This document shows, in pieces, positions 51,711-61,570 of a stretch of DNA of 64,000 bases (its first letter is position 1; every line of letters starts with the position of its first letter). Source of the stretch: an uncultured delta proteobacterium (GTDB lineage Bacteria; Desulfobacterota; Zymogenia; Zymogenales; Zymogenaceae); assembly GCA_963735595.1 (NCBI GenBank), contig CAVTLK010000001.1, positions 320,001-384,000 of the forward strand. Reading direction: 5' to 3'. Under the pieces are notes generated by a model, which was given only the letters and a program-made list of their open reading frames with translations, was not told the DNA's origin and made no database searches. Made by a program: the position numbers and the translations under genes.

Positions 51711-52778
51711 ATGTTAGACAAGCTCAGAGACATTGAACTCAGATATGAAGATCTCGATCGGATCCTCTCTGATTCCGACGTCGCGAAGGACCCCGACCGA
51801 TACAAGAAGCTTTCTAAGGAGCGGTCGGATCTTGAGCCGATCGTTATGGAGTTTCGGCGATATCGAAGCCTTACCAACGAGCTTGCCGGTAACAAGGAAC
51901 TCATTTCTGACAGCGACGCCGAAATGCGGGAAATGGCCAAGGGAGAAATCGAGCGGATCGAAACCGACGTTGCGGCCGCCGAAGAGAATCTTAAACGCCT
52001 CCTCATACCCAAAGACCCCAACGATACCAAGAATATCTTTATCGAGATACGTGCGGGTACGGGGGGAGAAGAGGCAGCCCTTTTTGCCGCAGTTCTATTC
52101 AGGATGTATTCCCGCTATGCAGATCTAAACGGCTGGCGTATCGAAGTGATGAGCGCAAACGAAACCGGCGGCGGTGGATTCAAAGAGATCATTGCCCTTA
52201 TCGAGGGTGACCGCGCCTTCAGCCGTTTAAAATATGAGAGCGGTGTTCACCGCGTTCAGCGCGTTCCCGAGACTGAGGCCCAGGGGCGTATTCATACGTC
52301 GGCAGTTACCGTCGCCATTATGCCGGAGGCCGAGGAAATCGATGTGCAGATCGATCCCAACGATCTCAGGATCGATACGTACCGCTCCACCGGTCACGGC
52401 GGCCAGTCTGTTAACACAACCGACAGCGCCGTGCGCATTACCCATATCCCAACGAACCTCGTCGTAACCTGCCAGGACGAAAAGTCCCAACATAAGAATA
52501 AGGCCAAGGCAATGCGGGTCCTCAAGGCGCGTCTCCTCGATTTGATGACCCAGAGGATCGAGTCCGAACGATCCGAGACTCGCAAGAATCAGGTCGGCAC
52601 CGGCGATCGCTCCGAGAGGATTAGAACCTATAATTTCCCCCAGTCGAGGGTCACCGATCACCGCGTCGGTCTGACCATCCACCGTCTGGAGAGCGTGCTC
52701 ATGGGCAACCTCGACGAGATTATCGACGCGCTTGCCACCCACTATCAGGCCGAAGCCCTCAAGAGCAGGGCGGTATGA
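51711..52778 (+). CDS. prfA: peptide chain release factor 1
   Basis: EIRAGTGGEEA, ESGVHRVQRVPETE (PxT), GGQSVN, RTYNFPQ. Confidence 0.97.
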   Translation: MLDKLRDIELRYEDLDRILSDSDVAKDPDRYKKLSKERSDLEPIVMEFRRYRSLTNELAGNKELISDSDAEMREMAKGEIERIETDVAAAEENLKRLLIPKDPNDTKNIFIEIRAGTGGEEAALFAAVLFRMYSRYADLNGWRIEVMSANETGGGGFKEIIALIEGDRAFSRLKYESGVHRVQRVPETEAQGRIHTSAVTVAIMPEAEEIDVQIDPNDLRIDTYRSTGHGGQSVNTTDSAVRITHIPTNLVVTCQDEKSQHKNKAKAMRVLKARLLDLMTQRIESERSETRKNQVGTGDRSERIRTYNFPQSRVTDHRVGLTIHRLESVLMGNLDEIIDALATHYQAEALKSRAV

Positions 52779-53692
52779 TTACGGCCGACCGGATTCAGAC
52801 GACCCCGGATACGCCCCGTACCAGCTCTGCGCCCTCTTTTACCCTCCGGGACGCTGTTACGCGAGCTTCACACATCCTCAGAGAAAAGGGCATCGATTCC
52901 TACCGGCTGGACGCACAGTTAATCGTCGCCCATTGCCTCGGGTTGGACCCAATTGATATCTACCGGAAACCTGATCTGGCTATCGATCCCGGACGCGAAT
53001 CGGCGCTGCTGTCTCTCATTTCCAGGCGCGCATCGGGAGTCCCCACGGCCTATATTGTCGGGACAAAGGAATTCTGGTCACTATCTATCAGCGTTGACGA
53101 ACGTGTCCTCATACCCCGACCCGAGACGGAACTCCTCGTTGAAGAGTCGCTGGCGGCCTCACGTCTCTTCCCGGAACACCTCTCGATCCTTGAACTCGGC
53201 ACCGGGTCGGCAGCGGTTTCAATTGCGCTTGGTGTGGAACTTACAGGCGCTCGGATTGTCTCAACAGACGTGTCTGAAGAAGCCTTGAACGTTGCCCGTG
53301 TAAATGTTTTGACCCATAGGTTGGCCGATCGCATATCTCTCAGGCACGGAGACCTTTTTAGTGCGGTAGATCGCGATGATCGTTTTGACCTCATCGTATC
53401 CAACCCCCCCTACCTGACCGACGAAGAGATGGACGGACTCTCACCCGAGGTCAGGTCAGAACCGGGTCGAGCACTCCGTGCCGGTAAAGACGGCCTTTCG
53501 ATTATCAGGCCGATAATTGCGGGCGCTGTCGCTCATCTAAATCCGGGCGGATTTCTCATCTTTGAGATCGGGGCCGGCCAGGCGAGTGGAGTGCAACAGC
53601 TGATTGAACGGACTAAGGGTCTTTCTTTTATCCGGACGAGAAACGACTACGCGGGGCACCCCCGGGTTGTGATTGCGCAACGCACTAATTAA
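52775..53692 (+). CDS. prmC: release factor glutamine methyltransferase
   Basis: VLIPRPETE, ELGTGS, SNPPY, EIG. Lies downstream of prfA. Confidence 0.95.
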   Translation: MITADRIQTTPDTPRTSSAPSFTLRDAVTRASHILREKGIDSYRLDAQLIVAHCLGLDPIDIYRKPDLAIDPGRESALLSLISRRASGVPTAYIVGTKEFWSLSISVDERVLIPRPETELLVEESLAASRLFPEHLSILELGTGSAAVSIALGVELTGARIVSTDVSEEALNVARVNVLTHRLADRISLRHGDLFSAVDRDDRFDLIVSNPPYLTDEEMDGLSPEVRSEPGRALRAGKDGLSIIRPIIAGAVAHLNPGGFLIFEIGAGQASGVQQLIERTKGLSFIRTRNDYAGHPRVVIAQRTN

Positions 53693-53713
53693 ATACTACG
53701 TGAGGTTATTGCC

Positions 53714-54973
53714 GTGCTCCAGAAGATGATCGTCACGGGAGGCAAGCCCCTTTCCGGCGAAGTCACCGTCAGCGGCTCGAAAAACGCCGCCCTTCCAATC
53801 CTGATCGCCTCCATTATGGCGCCGGGCCGTTTTGAATTCCGCCACGTTCCCGATTTGATGGATATACGAACGACCGCCGATCTCCTCCGCGAGCTTGGCG
53901 CCGAGGTCGATCATCGCGACACTTTCACCGTCGATTCCACCCCAATCAACAGCTATGAGGCCTCCTGGGAGCTGGTCAGGAAGATGCGCGCCTCGTTCCT
54001 GATCATGGGAGCCCTCATCGCGCGGTTCAGGAAGGCGCGCGTATCACTGCCCGGCGGATGCGAGCTGGGCCTGCGGCCCGTCGATCAGCACCTAAAAGGC
54101 TTTCAGTCTCTCGGGATTAAGATCAGCGAAGAGCACGGCCTGGTGATAGCCGATGCAACCGGACTTCGGGGAGGCAAGGTAGTTTTCGATTTCCCGACGG
54201 TTGGAGCGACGGAAAACCTCCTCATGGCGGCCGTTACCGCAAAGGGAGAGACAGTCATCCGGAACGCCGCCCGGGAACCGGAGGTCGTCGATCTTGCCGT
54301 AGCCCTACAATCAATGGGCGCCAGGATCGACGGGGCCGGCGAAGAGACGATCCGTATCCAGGGCGTTGATTCTCTCAACCCGATCACCCATACGATCATT
54401 CCCGACCGGATTGAGGCGGGGACATTCATGGCGGCCGCCGCCATTACCGGCGGGGACATCGTTATGAAAAACGTCCCGACCGCCATGCTCGTCTCCGTCA
54501 TAGAAATATTCAGGGAAGCCGGCGTTGAGTTCCAGGATTCCGCCGGCGGCCTCAGGGTAATCGGACCGAAAAGTATCCGCCCAGTCGATATCAAGACCTT
54601 GCCCTACCCCGGGTTTCCTACCGACCTGCAAGCGCCGATCACCTCCCTTTTGACGCTTGGAAAGGGTACCAGCATTATCACCGAGACGATCTTCGAAAAA
54701 CGTTTCGCCCACGTACCCGAGCTTATCCGCCTCGGCGCGGATATCACCATCGACGGAGGCAGCGCGGTCATCAAGGGCGCCAAGGGGCTGCTCGGCGCTC
54801 CGGTCATGTCTTCCGATCTCAGGAACAGCGCGGCGTTGATCATCGCGGGGCTAGCGGCCGAAGGCACCACCGAGGTCTATAGAATTTACCACCTCGATCG
54901 CGGATACGAGCGGATGGAAGAAAAACTAACCCGGTTGGGGGCAGAGATCAGGAGGGCGCCACAGGATGGTTAA
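53714..54973 (+). CDS. murA: UDP-N-acetylglucosamine 1-carboxyvinyltransferase
   Basis: SGSKNAALP, KMRAS, LPGGC (catalytic Cys kept), PDRIEAGT, PGFPTD, HLDRGY. Confidence 0.97.
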   Translation: MLQKMIVTGGKPLSGEVTVSGSKNAALPILIASIMAPGRFEFRHVPDLMDIRTTADLLRELGAEVDHRDTFTVDSTPINSYEASWELVRKMRASFLIMGALIARFRKARVSLPGGCELGLRPVDQHLKGFQSLGIKISEEHGLVIADATGLRGGKVVFDFPTVGATENLLMAAVTAKGETVIRNAAREPEVVDLAVALQSMGARIDGAGEETIRIQGVDSLNPITHTIIPDRIEAGTFMAAAAITGGDIVMKNVPTAMLVSVIEIFREAGVEFQDSAGGLRVIGPKSIRPVDIKTLPYPGFPTDLQAPITSLLTLGKGTSIITETIFEKRFAHVPELIRLGADITIDGGSAVIKGAKGLLGAPVMSSDLRNSAALIIAGLAAEGTTEVYRIYHLDRGYERMEEKLTRLGAEIRRAPQDG

Positions 54974-56267
54974 ACTGATTCGCAGTACCGATCCCGGCTT
55001 CCCCGCGTTCCTTAGGAAGATATCCACGAGGGGAGAAATAGTCCCTCCTGATATAGAAGAAACGGTACGCCAGATCATCCAGGACGTCCGCTCCCGGGGC
55101 GACGCAGCCCTTATTGACTGGACCCAGCGTTATGATTCCGTTCGGCTCTCTCCGGAAAAGCTCGAGATACAAAAGGAAGAGATCACCTATTCGGCGTCCC
55201 TTCTTCCGCAAAAAGATCGCGAGACAATTGCAGATGCCGCGGCCAGGATTCGCGCCTACCACGGCCACCAGTCATTGGATTCATTTACCTTCCTGGACGA
55301 GCACTCAAACCGGCTGGGGCAGATCGTCAGGCCGCTTGCCCGCGTCGGGGTCTACGTCCCCGGCGGCCGCGCACCTTACCCCTCGACGCTACTCATGAAC
55401 GTTATACCGGCCCGGATAGCCGGCGTTCGTGAGATAATTGCCGTACACCCGACACCCGGAGGCTCTCCCAGTCCTTCCGTTATGACGGCCGCCGACTACG
55501 CCGGCGTCGATAGGATCTTCAGGGTTGGGGGGGCGCAGGCAGTAGCGGCTCTTGCCTTTGGCACCGAGACGGTCCCCAAGGTTGATAAGATCGTCGGACC
55601 CGGCAATATCTATGTGGCAACCGCCAAGAAGATGCTCTTGGGTGTCGTGGATATCGATATGATTGCCGGCCCCTCGGAGATTGTCATCATCGCGGACGCC
55701 TCGGCAAATCCCGCGTATATCGCCGCAGACCTCCTCTCCCAGGCGGAGCACGACCCGCTGGCCGCCTCCATTCTTATTGTCACCGATGAATCCCTTGCCC
55801 GATACGTGATAGATGAGCTGAACCGCCAGATCGGCACCCTTAGCCGGGCCGATATCGCCCGTGATTCAATCACGAATTACGGTGCGATTATCACCGCCTC
55901 AGATCCGGCCGAGGCCGTCGCGATTGCTAACGATATCGCTCCCGAGCACCTCGAGCTTTTGGTACGTGAGCCCGTCAAGCTGGTAAGCAAGGTTGAAAAC
56001 GCCGGGGCTATCTTCATGGGCGCCCATTCCCCGGAACCGGTAGGTGACTACGCCGCCGGGCCAAACCACGTCCTTCCTACAGGCGGCACCGCCCGCTTCT
56101 CGTCTCCCCTGTCGGTCTACGATTTCTTAAAGAGGATTTCGGTAATTGAGATGAGCCCGCAAGGGCTGGAAGCGGTCGGTCGGACAGCGTACGACTTTGC
56201 AATGATCGAAGGACTCGACGCCCACGCGCGGTCGATCGGGATTCGCATTGGCAAGGGCAAACCGTAG
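54966..56267 (+). CDS. hisD: histidinol dehydrogenase
   Basis: GVYVPGG, GGAQAVAALAFG, GPGN, IDMIAGPSE, QAEHD, APEHL, GPNHVLPT. Confidence 0.97.
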   Translation: MVKLIRSTDPGFPAFLRKISTRGEIVPPDIEETVRQIIQDVRSRGDAALIDWTQRYDSVRLSPEKLEIQKEEITYSASLLPQKDRETIADAAARIRAYHGHQSLDSFTFLDEHSNRLGQIVRPLARVGVYVPGGRAPYPSTLLMNVIPARIAGVREIIAVHPTPGGSPSPSVMTAADYAGVDRIFRVGGAQAVAALAFGTETVPKVDKIVGPGNIYVATAKKMLLGVVDIDMIAGPSEIVIIADASANPAYIAADLLSQAEHDPLAASILIVTDESLARYVIDELNRQIGTLSRADIARDSITNYGAIITASDPAEAVAIANDIAPEHLELLVREPVKLVSKVENAGAIFMGAHSPEPVGDYAAGPNHVLPTGGTARFSSPLSVYDFLKRISVIEMSPQGLEAVGRTAYDFAMIEGLDAHARSIGIRIGKGKP

Positions 56268-56383
56268 GATTCGTACTCTATTTCATCGACTATCGAAAGC
56301 CTCCGCCCTTACCATCCCGTACGGAAAGTAGAATACGTATGCTCATTGTGCGCTCATTACGCTTGGCCTATCGCGAGGATGTC

Positions 56384-57445
56384 TTAATTACCGGCCCGGA
56401 TCGAAAGGATATCCCCGTCCTTCACAATATACGTCTTTCCCTCGAGTCTCCAGAGCCCTTTTTTCTTGCATTCCGCGAAGCCGCCGTTGGCAATGAAATC
56501 AGAATACGACACCGTTTCGGCCCGAATGAACTTCTGCGCAAGGTCCGTATGTATTACCGCCGCGGCCTCCTGCGCGGTCGCCCCGTTCCTGATAGGCCAT
56601 GCGCGGCATTCGTCCTCGCCCACCGTTAGAAAAGAGATCAGCCCCAGGAGCTCGGATGCCGTACGAATAATACGGCCTCTGACCGATTGGCGTATCCCGA
56701 GTTCCTCCATGAATGCAGCCCGGTCTTCCTCGGTCATGAGCGCGAGTTCAGCCTCCAGCTTCCCGCATACCGCGAGCACCGGTATATGATCCGGGATTGT
56801 CTTTTTCAGTTCCTCAATTTCCGCCTCCGCTTCGGTGGTCTTTCCTTCCGCGTAATTTACCACTACCATCATCGGTTTCGCCGAAAGGAACTGGAAGTTA
56901 TTCAACTGCTTTTGACCGCTTTCAAAGGCAGCGGCCGTTGCGAGCGGTTTTTCCTCGCTCAGATGGGTCAGGCACTCAGTGAGCATCTTTTCCTCGAGCG
57001 CGACGGCGGCTGCGTTATCCTTTTTGCTTCCCTGCCTTCGTATTCGCTCCAGGCGGTTTTCTATCTGGATCATGTCTGCAATGATGCATTCGTTATAGAT
57101 AGCAAGGAATTCGTCTTTGAGGCGGATAGGACGCCCTTCATCGAAGTCGCGCAGCGTGAGCAACAGGGCGTCGCTGTCGCGCATCTGCTGGAGTTTTTTT
57201 GTTGCGGCGCTATCGTTCTTTATGTCGCCTTCGGCGATCCCAACCGTATCGGCCAGCGTTATACGGGTATATATCTTCTTCTTGGGTTTGAATATCTTCA
57301 CAAGTTCGTCAATACGGTCATCCGGCACGTCGATGACGGCTATATGGTCTCCCGCCGGCTTGTTTTCAACAGGAATCCCGCTCAGCGCCTGAAAGATCGT
57401 TGTCTTTCCGCACCCGGGGGCACCGATAATCGATAGGTGCATCAT
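56384..57445 (-). CDS. ychF: YchF/Obg-like ATPase, divergent
   Basis: GAPGCGKTT, VPDDR, LSAKP..NYAE, LISFLTVGEDECRAW, IHTDL..FIRAE, EGKTYIVKDGD. Confidence 0.8.
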   Translation of the reverse strand: MMHLSIIGAPGCGKTTIFQALSGIPVENKPAGDHIAVIDVPDDRIDELVKIFKPKKKIYTRITLADTVGIAEGDIKNDSAATKKLQQMRDSDALLLTLRDFDEGRPIRLKDEFLAIYNECIIADMIQIENRLERIRRQGSKKDNAAAVALEEKMLTECLTHLSEEKPLATAAAFESGQKQLNNFQFLSAKPMMVVVNYAEGKTTEAEAEIEELKKTIPDHIPVLAVCGKLEAELALMTEEDRAAFMEELGIRQSVRGRIIRTASELLGLISFLTVGEDECRAWPIRNGATAQEAAAVIHTDLAQKFIRAETVSYSDFIANGGFAECKKKGLWRLEGKTYIVKDGDILSIRAGN

Positions 57446-57593
57446 ATCCTCCAGAGGTTAGGTCGGATTACGATACCTGATCCGACTGCCATTCTTCTTT
57501 GTCAGGGACTACTACATATCCCGATTAGTCACACGAGTAGTCCGTATTACGGAACGCGGCCCATTGAGGGATTCCTTGAGCCTTCGGACAAAT

Positions 57594-57614
57594 AAAAAGG
57601 CCGGCTCCTCGGCC
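57594..57614 (-). terminator. putative terminator of the tRNA operon
   Basis: Minus strand reads GGCCG-aggagc-CGGCC-TTTTT. Confidence 0.5.
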
Positions 57615-57638
57615 AACCTGATAATGACTCCAAACTAT

Positions 57639-57725
57639 TGGTGCCTGGGGCCGGAATCGAACCGGCACGACGTTGCCGCCGAGGGATTTTAAGTCCCTTG
57701 CGTCTACCTATTCCGCCACCCAGGC
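57639..57725 (-). tRNA. tRNA-Leu (TAA)
   Basis: GCCTGGGTGGCGGAATAGGTAGACGC..GGACTTAAAATCCC, long variable arm, GGTTCGATTCC, CCA end. Confidence 0.96.
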
Positions 57726-57733
57726 AAGGCAGA

Positions 57734-57807
57734 TGGAGGCGGCACCCGGATTTGAACCGGGGATGAAGGTTTTGCAGACCTTTGCCTTACCACTTGGCGA
57801 TGCCGCC
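57734..57807 (-). tRNA. tRNA-Cys (GCA)
   Basis: GGCGGCATCGCCAAGTGGTAAGGC..GGTCTGCAAAACC..GGTTCAAATCC, CCA end. Confidence 0.96.
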
Positions 57808-57819
57808 CGAGGAAAAAAA

Positions 57820-57894
57820 TGGAGCGGGAAACGGGATTTGAACCCGCGACCCTTGCCTTGGCAAGGCAATGCTCTACCGCTGAGCTATTCCCGC
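57820..57894 (-). tRNA. tRNA-Gly (GCC)
   Basis: GCGGGAATAGCTCAGCGGTAGAGC..CCTTGCCAAGG..GGTTCAAATCC, CCA end. Confidence 0.96.
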
Positions 57895-57952
57895 TTATGT
57901 TAGGAAGTTTATATTTCTAACATTATCCGTCTTTTTTGTCAAGTATGAAACG

Positions 57953-58993
57953 TTACTTATTGTCTTTTCCCGCGATTTCGTTTTCCAATACCTTCACCTG
58001 ATACCGGTACGACTCGTTTTCCGGATCGACGACGACGGCCTTTTTCATATAGACGAGCGCCTCTTCAACGTTATCCATACGGTAGAGTATCCAGCCCGCA
58101 AGATATAGAAAACGGCCGTTGTCCGGCTCGTATTTCAATGCCTTTTCGGCGTACCCGAGCGCCGTTTTCAATTCATCGTCCTGCTGGGAATAGAGCTTCC
58201 CCAGGGCATAGTAAACTATTGGATCGTCATCGGCCAGATCCAGAGCCATGGTCAGGTGTTCTTCGGCCTTTTCGAAATCACCAAAGCTCCCATAGACAAT
58301 CCCCAAACCGTAATGCGCCTCGTAGGCGTAGTCCTTTTCGTCGACCAGCTTCTGATACTGCAATAGCGCCTTCTGGAACATCTCGGCCCTCGCATACAGA
58401 TCACCGAGGTGGAGAGCTACGTCGGGGTTCCAGACATTGCCGAGGATTAATGCCGCGAGCTCACCCTCCGTTAATGCCTCCGCAATATCGCCATCCTTAA
58501 GGTACACCTTCGACAGGTAGTAGTGGGAATAGGGATGATTCGAATCGAGTGTCACCGACAATCGCAGATATTTCTCGGCGTTCCCATAATCGCCCAGCAC
58601 CCAGTTGACCACGCCGAGATAAAAGTTCGTTGACGGTTTCTTTGAATCCAGCGCGATTGATTTTTTCAGATGATCGAGACTCTCCTGATACCGGCCCGCC
58701 AGGATAAGGGTCCACGCGAGATTATTGAGGATCAGGGTCTCGTTCGGCGCGACGGCCAGGGCCTGGCGGTATTTTTCCTGGGCCTCCTCATATCTACCCT
58801 TTATAGACAGGAAATTACCCTCATTATTGAGGATAAACGCAGGATTCCTTTCTTCGAGCACGAAGTACTCGTATGCCTCTCGCATTTTCGGGGAATCCCC
58901 TTTCGTTACGATCTCTTCTTCTTTGGCCGCCGCTGAAACGGCAATTAACGCGAACAGAATTACGGCTATAGTCCTTTTCATGGTTTGTCCCAT
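57953..58993 (-). CDS. secreted tetratricopeptide-repeat protein
   Basis: Signal peptide ending VSAAA, multiple TPR units (NNLAW, FYLG, YYLS, YGLG, YALG). Confidence 0.85.
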   Translation of the reverse strand: MGQTMKRTIAVILFALIAVSAAAKEEEIVTKGDSPKMREAYEYFVLEERNPAFILNNEGNFLSIKGRYEEAQEKYRQALAVAPNETLILNNLAWTLILAGRYQESLDHLKKSIALDSKKPSTNFYLGVVNWVLGDYGNAEKYLRLSVTLDSNHPYSHYYLSKVYLKDGDIAEALTEGELAALILGNVWNPDVALHLGDLYARAEMFQKALLQYQKLVDEKDYAYEAHYGLGIVYGSFGDFEKAEEHLTMALDLADDDPIVYYALGKLYSQQDDELKTALGYAEKALKYEPDNGRFLYLAGWILYRMDNVEEALVYMKKAVVVDPENESYRYQVKVLENEIAGKDNK

Positions 58994-58995
58994 TA

Positions 58996-60417
58996 TTACG
59001 TGGTAATAAACTCTTTTCCCGACCTCATGAGACGGTCGAGCCTCTCATCGCTTGAGGCCTCCCCGTATATCCTGACTACCGGCTCGGTACCGGATTTCCT
59101 AAAGAGAAGCCACGAACCATCTTCGAGCAGATATTTTGTTCCGTCGATCGTAACCGTCCCCGTCACCGGGATACCCGAGAAGGCCGGTGGGCACGATGCC
59201 ACCTTTGTCGAATAGGCGTCACTAAGCTCTTTGGTGAGCGTCAGGTTTTCCCGGCGAGTCCGGTACGTTCCGACACGTCCGTAGAGCTCTTCGAGCAGCT
59301 GCCGTACCGTCTTTTTCTCACGGCAGACCATCTCGAGGGTCAAAAGACAGGCAATAATCCCGTCTTTTTCCGGGACGTGTCCGAACATCGAAAAGCCCGC
59401 ACTCTCCTCTCCGCCGCCCACGATCTTGTCGGCGGCGATATATTCACCGATATACTTGAAACCAACCGGTGTCTCGAAGCATTCTACACCGTGGTAGCGC
59501 GCGACCGCGTCGATCATATGCGTAGTGGCCACCGAGCGGGCCGTCCCGCCGTGGTACCCCTTTCTTGTTATCAGATAATCCAGCAGGAGAGCAATGATAT
59601 AGTTCGGCTCAACAAACGATCCGTCCGCATCGACGACGCCAAAACGGTCCGCGTCCCCATCTGTGGCCAGGCCGATGACGGTTTTACTGTTACCTTTAAC
59701 AAGTTTGGCGAGCTCGCACAGGCGGGTTTCTGACGGGTCGGGGGCACCGCCCCCGAACAGCGGGTCCTCGGAATTGTGCAGCACGGTCACCGGGATTCCG
59801 TGTTCCAGGAGAATACGATCAAGGTAGCCCCGTCCTGCCGAAAAGAGCGGGTCATACGCAACGGCCGCGCCCGACTTCTTGATAACCGGAAAATCGATCT
59901 TTTCCGTAAGGCCCGCCAGATAGCTTTCGGCAAGATCCACGTCCTCCCATAGCCCCTTGTCCCTGGCTTCCTTCTCATCCATCCGATGTACTACTCCGGA
60001 CGCCACGATTTCGTTTGCCCGACGGCCGATCCATTCGGTTGCCTCGGGGAGCGCGGGCCCGCCCCATTTCGGAGAGTACTTCACCCCCGTGTACTGCGGC
60101 GGGTTATGGCTCGCGGTGATATTAATCGCCCCTCCCGCCTTCCCGTTAATAATAGCCCAGCTGATCGCCGGGGTTGGTACCTCTGCGGCAGATACCAGCG
60201 CCTTAATTCCGTTGCCCGCAAGTACCGACGCCGACTCTCGCACGAAGATATCTCCCATGAAGCGGCTGTCCCGCCCCACGATCATGCCGTCGTGCCCCTC
60301 ACGAACCCGGATAGCGTGTTCGGCTATCGCCTGTGAAACCGCCCGCAGGTTTTCGAAGGTAAAATCATCGGCAATGATCCCACGCCAGCCGGAGGTACCG
60401 AATTTTATCCCTGCCAT
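58996..60417 (-). CDS. phosphoglucomutase/phosphomannomutase family
   Basis: FGTSGWR, TASHNP, DGDADR, GEESAG, RKSGTEP. Confidence 0.95.
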   Translation of the reverse strand: MAGIKFGTSGWRGIIADDFTFENLRAVSQAIAEHAIRVREGHDGMIVGRDSRFMGDIFVRESASVLAGNGIKALVSAAEVPTPAISWAIINGKAGGAINITASHNPPQYTGVKYSPKWGGPALPEATEWIGRRANEIVASGVVHRMDEKEARDKGLWEDVDLAESYLAGLTEKIDFPVIKKSGAAVAYDPLFSAGRGYLDRILLEHGIPVTVLHNSEDPLFGGGAPDPSETRLCELAKLVKGNSKTVIGLATDGDADRFGVVDADGSFVEPNYIIALLLDYLITRKGYHGGTARSVATTHMIDAVARYHGVECFETPVGFKYIGEYIAADKIVGGGEESAGFSMFGHVPEKDGIIACLLTLEMVCREKKTVRQLLEELYGRVGTYRTRRENLTLTKELSDAYSTKVASCPPAFSGIPVTGTVTIDGTKYLLEDGSWLLFRKSGTEPVVRIYGEASSDERLDRLMRSGKEFITT

Positions 60418-60428
60418 TTGAATAACAC

Positions 60429-61085
60429 CTACTTCAGGAGATAATCGAATCCCGACTTAAAGCAATAGACAGAAAAGCCGAGGAGAAACAGTCCGCAGAA
60501 GGCCGCGATTCCCCGGTAGACTCCGTCGGTGAAAAACCTTCTGCCGAGGCTTATCGATACGGATACAACGCTATACCACAGGAAATCGGCCATCACGTGA
60601 CCGACGAAGAACACTATAATCCCGATAATCCCCAGTTTTACCGAGATGAAAATATACGTAAGCCCAATCGTGAGCCACCATACGCTCCAGTAGGGGTTTG
60701 CCAGGCTTACAATAACGCCGGCAGACAGGGGGTGTTTAAGTATTCTGGCGATAGTGCTCTTTGGAGTTCGGCTCTGTGCATCTGAGAGCGTAAGAAAACG
60801 CACGTTGCGTATCATCGAATATCCCATAGCGAGCATAACGACGCTGCCGATAAACGCGATAACCGAAAGGATAGTATCGTCCTGGAGTATCGTACCGAGT
60901 CCCCAGAGTATAATGATGATAAGGATTAGTTCGAGAATCGCGTGACCGATTATTAGTAGAGGACCCGTCCATGGTCCGCGCGTGACGCTCTCGTTAATCG
61001 TTACGGTCAACAGCGGACCGGGCATAAGCGCCCCGGACAGCGCCAGGAGAAATGATGTAATAAAGATTCCGATAAGAGGCGCCAT
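60429..61085 (-). CDS. LysE family transporter
   Basis: SGALMPGP, GHAILE, SLANPYW; hydrophobic throughout. Confidence 0.88.
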   Translation of the reverse strand: MAPLIGIFITSFLLALSGALMPGPLLTVTINESVTRGPWTGPLLIIGHAILELILIIIILWGLGTILQDDTILSVIAFIGSVVMLAMGYSMIRNVRFLTLSDAQSRTPKSTIARILKHPLSAGVIVSLANPYWSVWWLTIGLTYIFISVKLGIIGIIVFFVGHVMADFLWYSVVSVSISLGRRFFTDGVYRGIAAFCGLFLLGFSVYCFKSGFDYLLK

Positions 61086-61094
61086 AATCTTTTT

Positions 61095-61166
61095 ATTATA
61101 TCATTCCAAAAAGTGGAGGGTCAAGGAATAAAAACTTTTGACACGCTCTCGCGCCCGTGGTAGCAT
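61095..61166. promoter_or_regulatory. divergent sigma70 promoters (lysE and NUDIX-tldD)
   Basis: Minus strand: TTGACC-18-TATAAT (61124-61095). Plus strand: TTGACA-17-TAGCAT (61138-61166). Confidence 0.7.
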
Positions 61167-61172
61167 TAAAAA

Positions 61173-61568
61173 ATGCAACCGCGGAATCCTTACCCGACCG
61201 TCGATATTATCATCCAATTGGGCGGGGGGATTGTCCTCATAGAGCGAAAGAACCCTCCTCCAGGTTGGGCAATTCCCGGTGGCTTCGTAGACTGGGGAGA
61301 GTCGCTGGAGGAATCGGCGGTTCGGGAGGCCGCCGAAGAAACATCATTGAACGTCACGCTCATCAGACAATTCCACACCTACTCCGATCCCCGGAGAGAT
61401 CCGCGACACCATACAATTACGACCGTCTATATCGCGGCGGCTGAAGGAACTCCACGCGCCGCCGACGATGCCGCGAGTATCGGTATCTTTACCGGGGATG
61501 CCCTCCCCTCTCCCCTAGCCTTTGACCACGCCGCTATTCTGGACGATTATTTCTCTAAACGGTATTGA
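61173..61568 (+). CDS. NUDIX hydrolase
   Basis: Nudix box [31 protein letters not shown]. Confidence 0.93.
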   Translation: MQPRNPYPTVDIIIQLGGGIVLIERKNPPPGWAIPGGFVDWGESLEESAVREAAEETSLNVTLIRQFHTYSDPRRDPRHHTITTVYIAAAEGTPRAADDAASIGIFTGDALPSPLAFDHAAILDDYFSKRY

Positions 61569-61570
61569 TT

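Noticed and set aside
57445..57950. tRNA cluster as an integration site for a genomic island
   Set aside because: There is no integrase, I noticed no duplicated tRNA 3' end, and the flanks are housekeeping genes. ORF 57673-57903 is only the antisense of the tRNAs.
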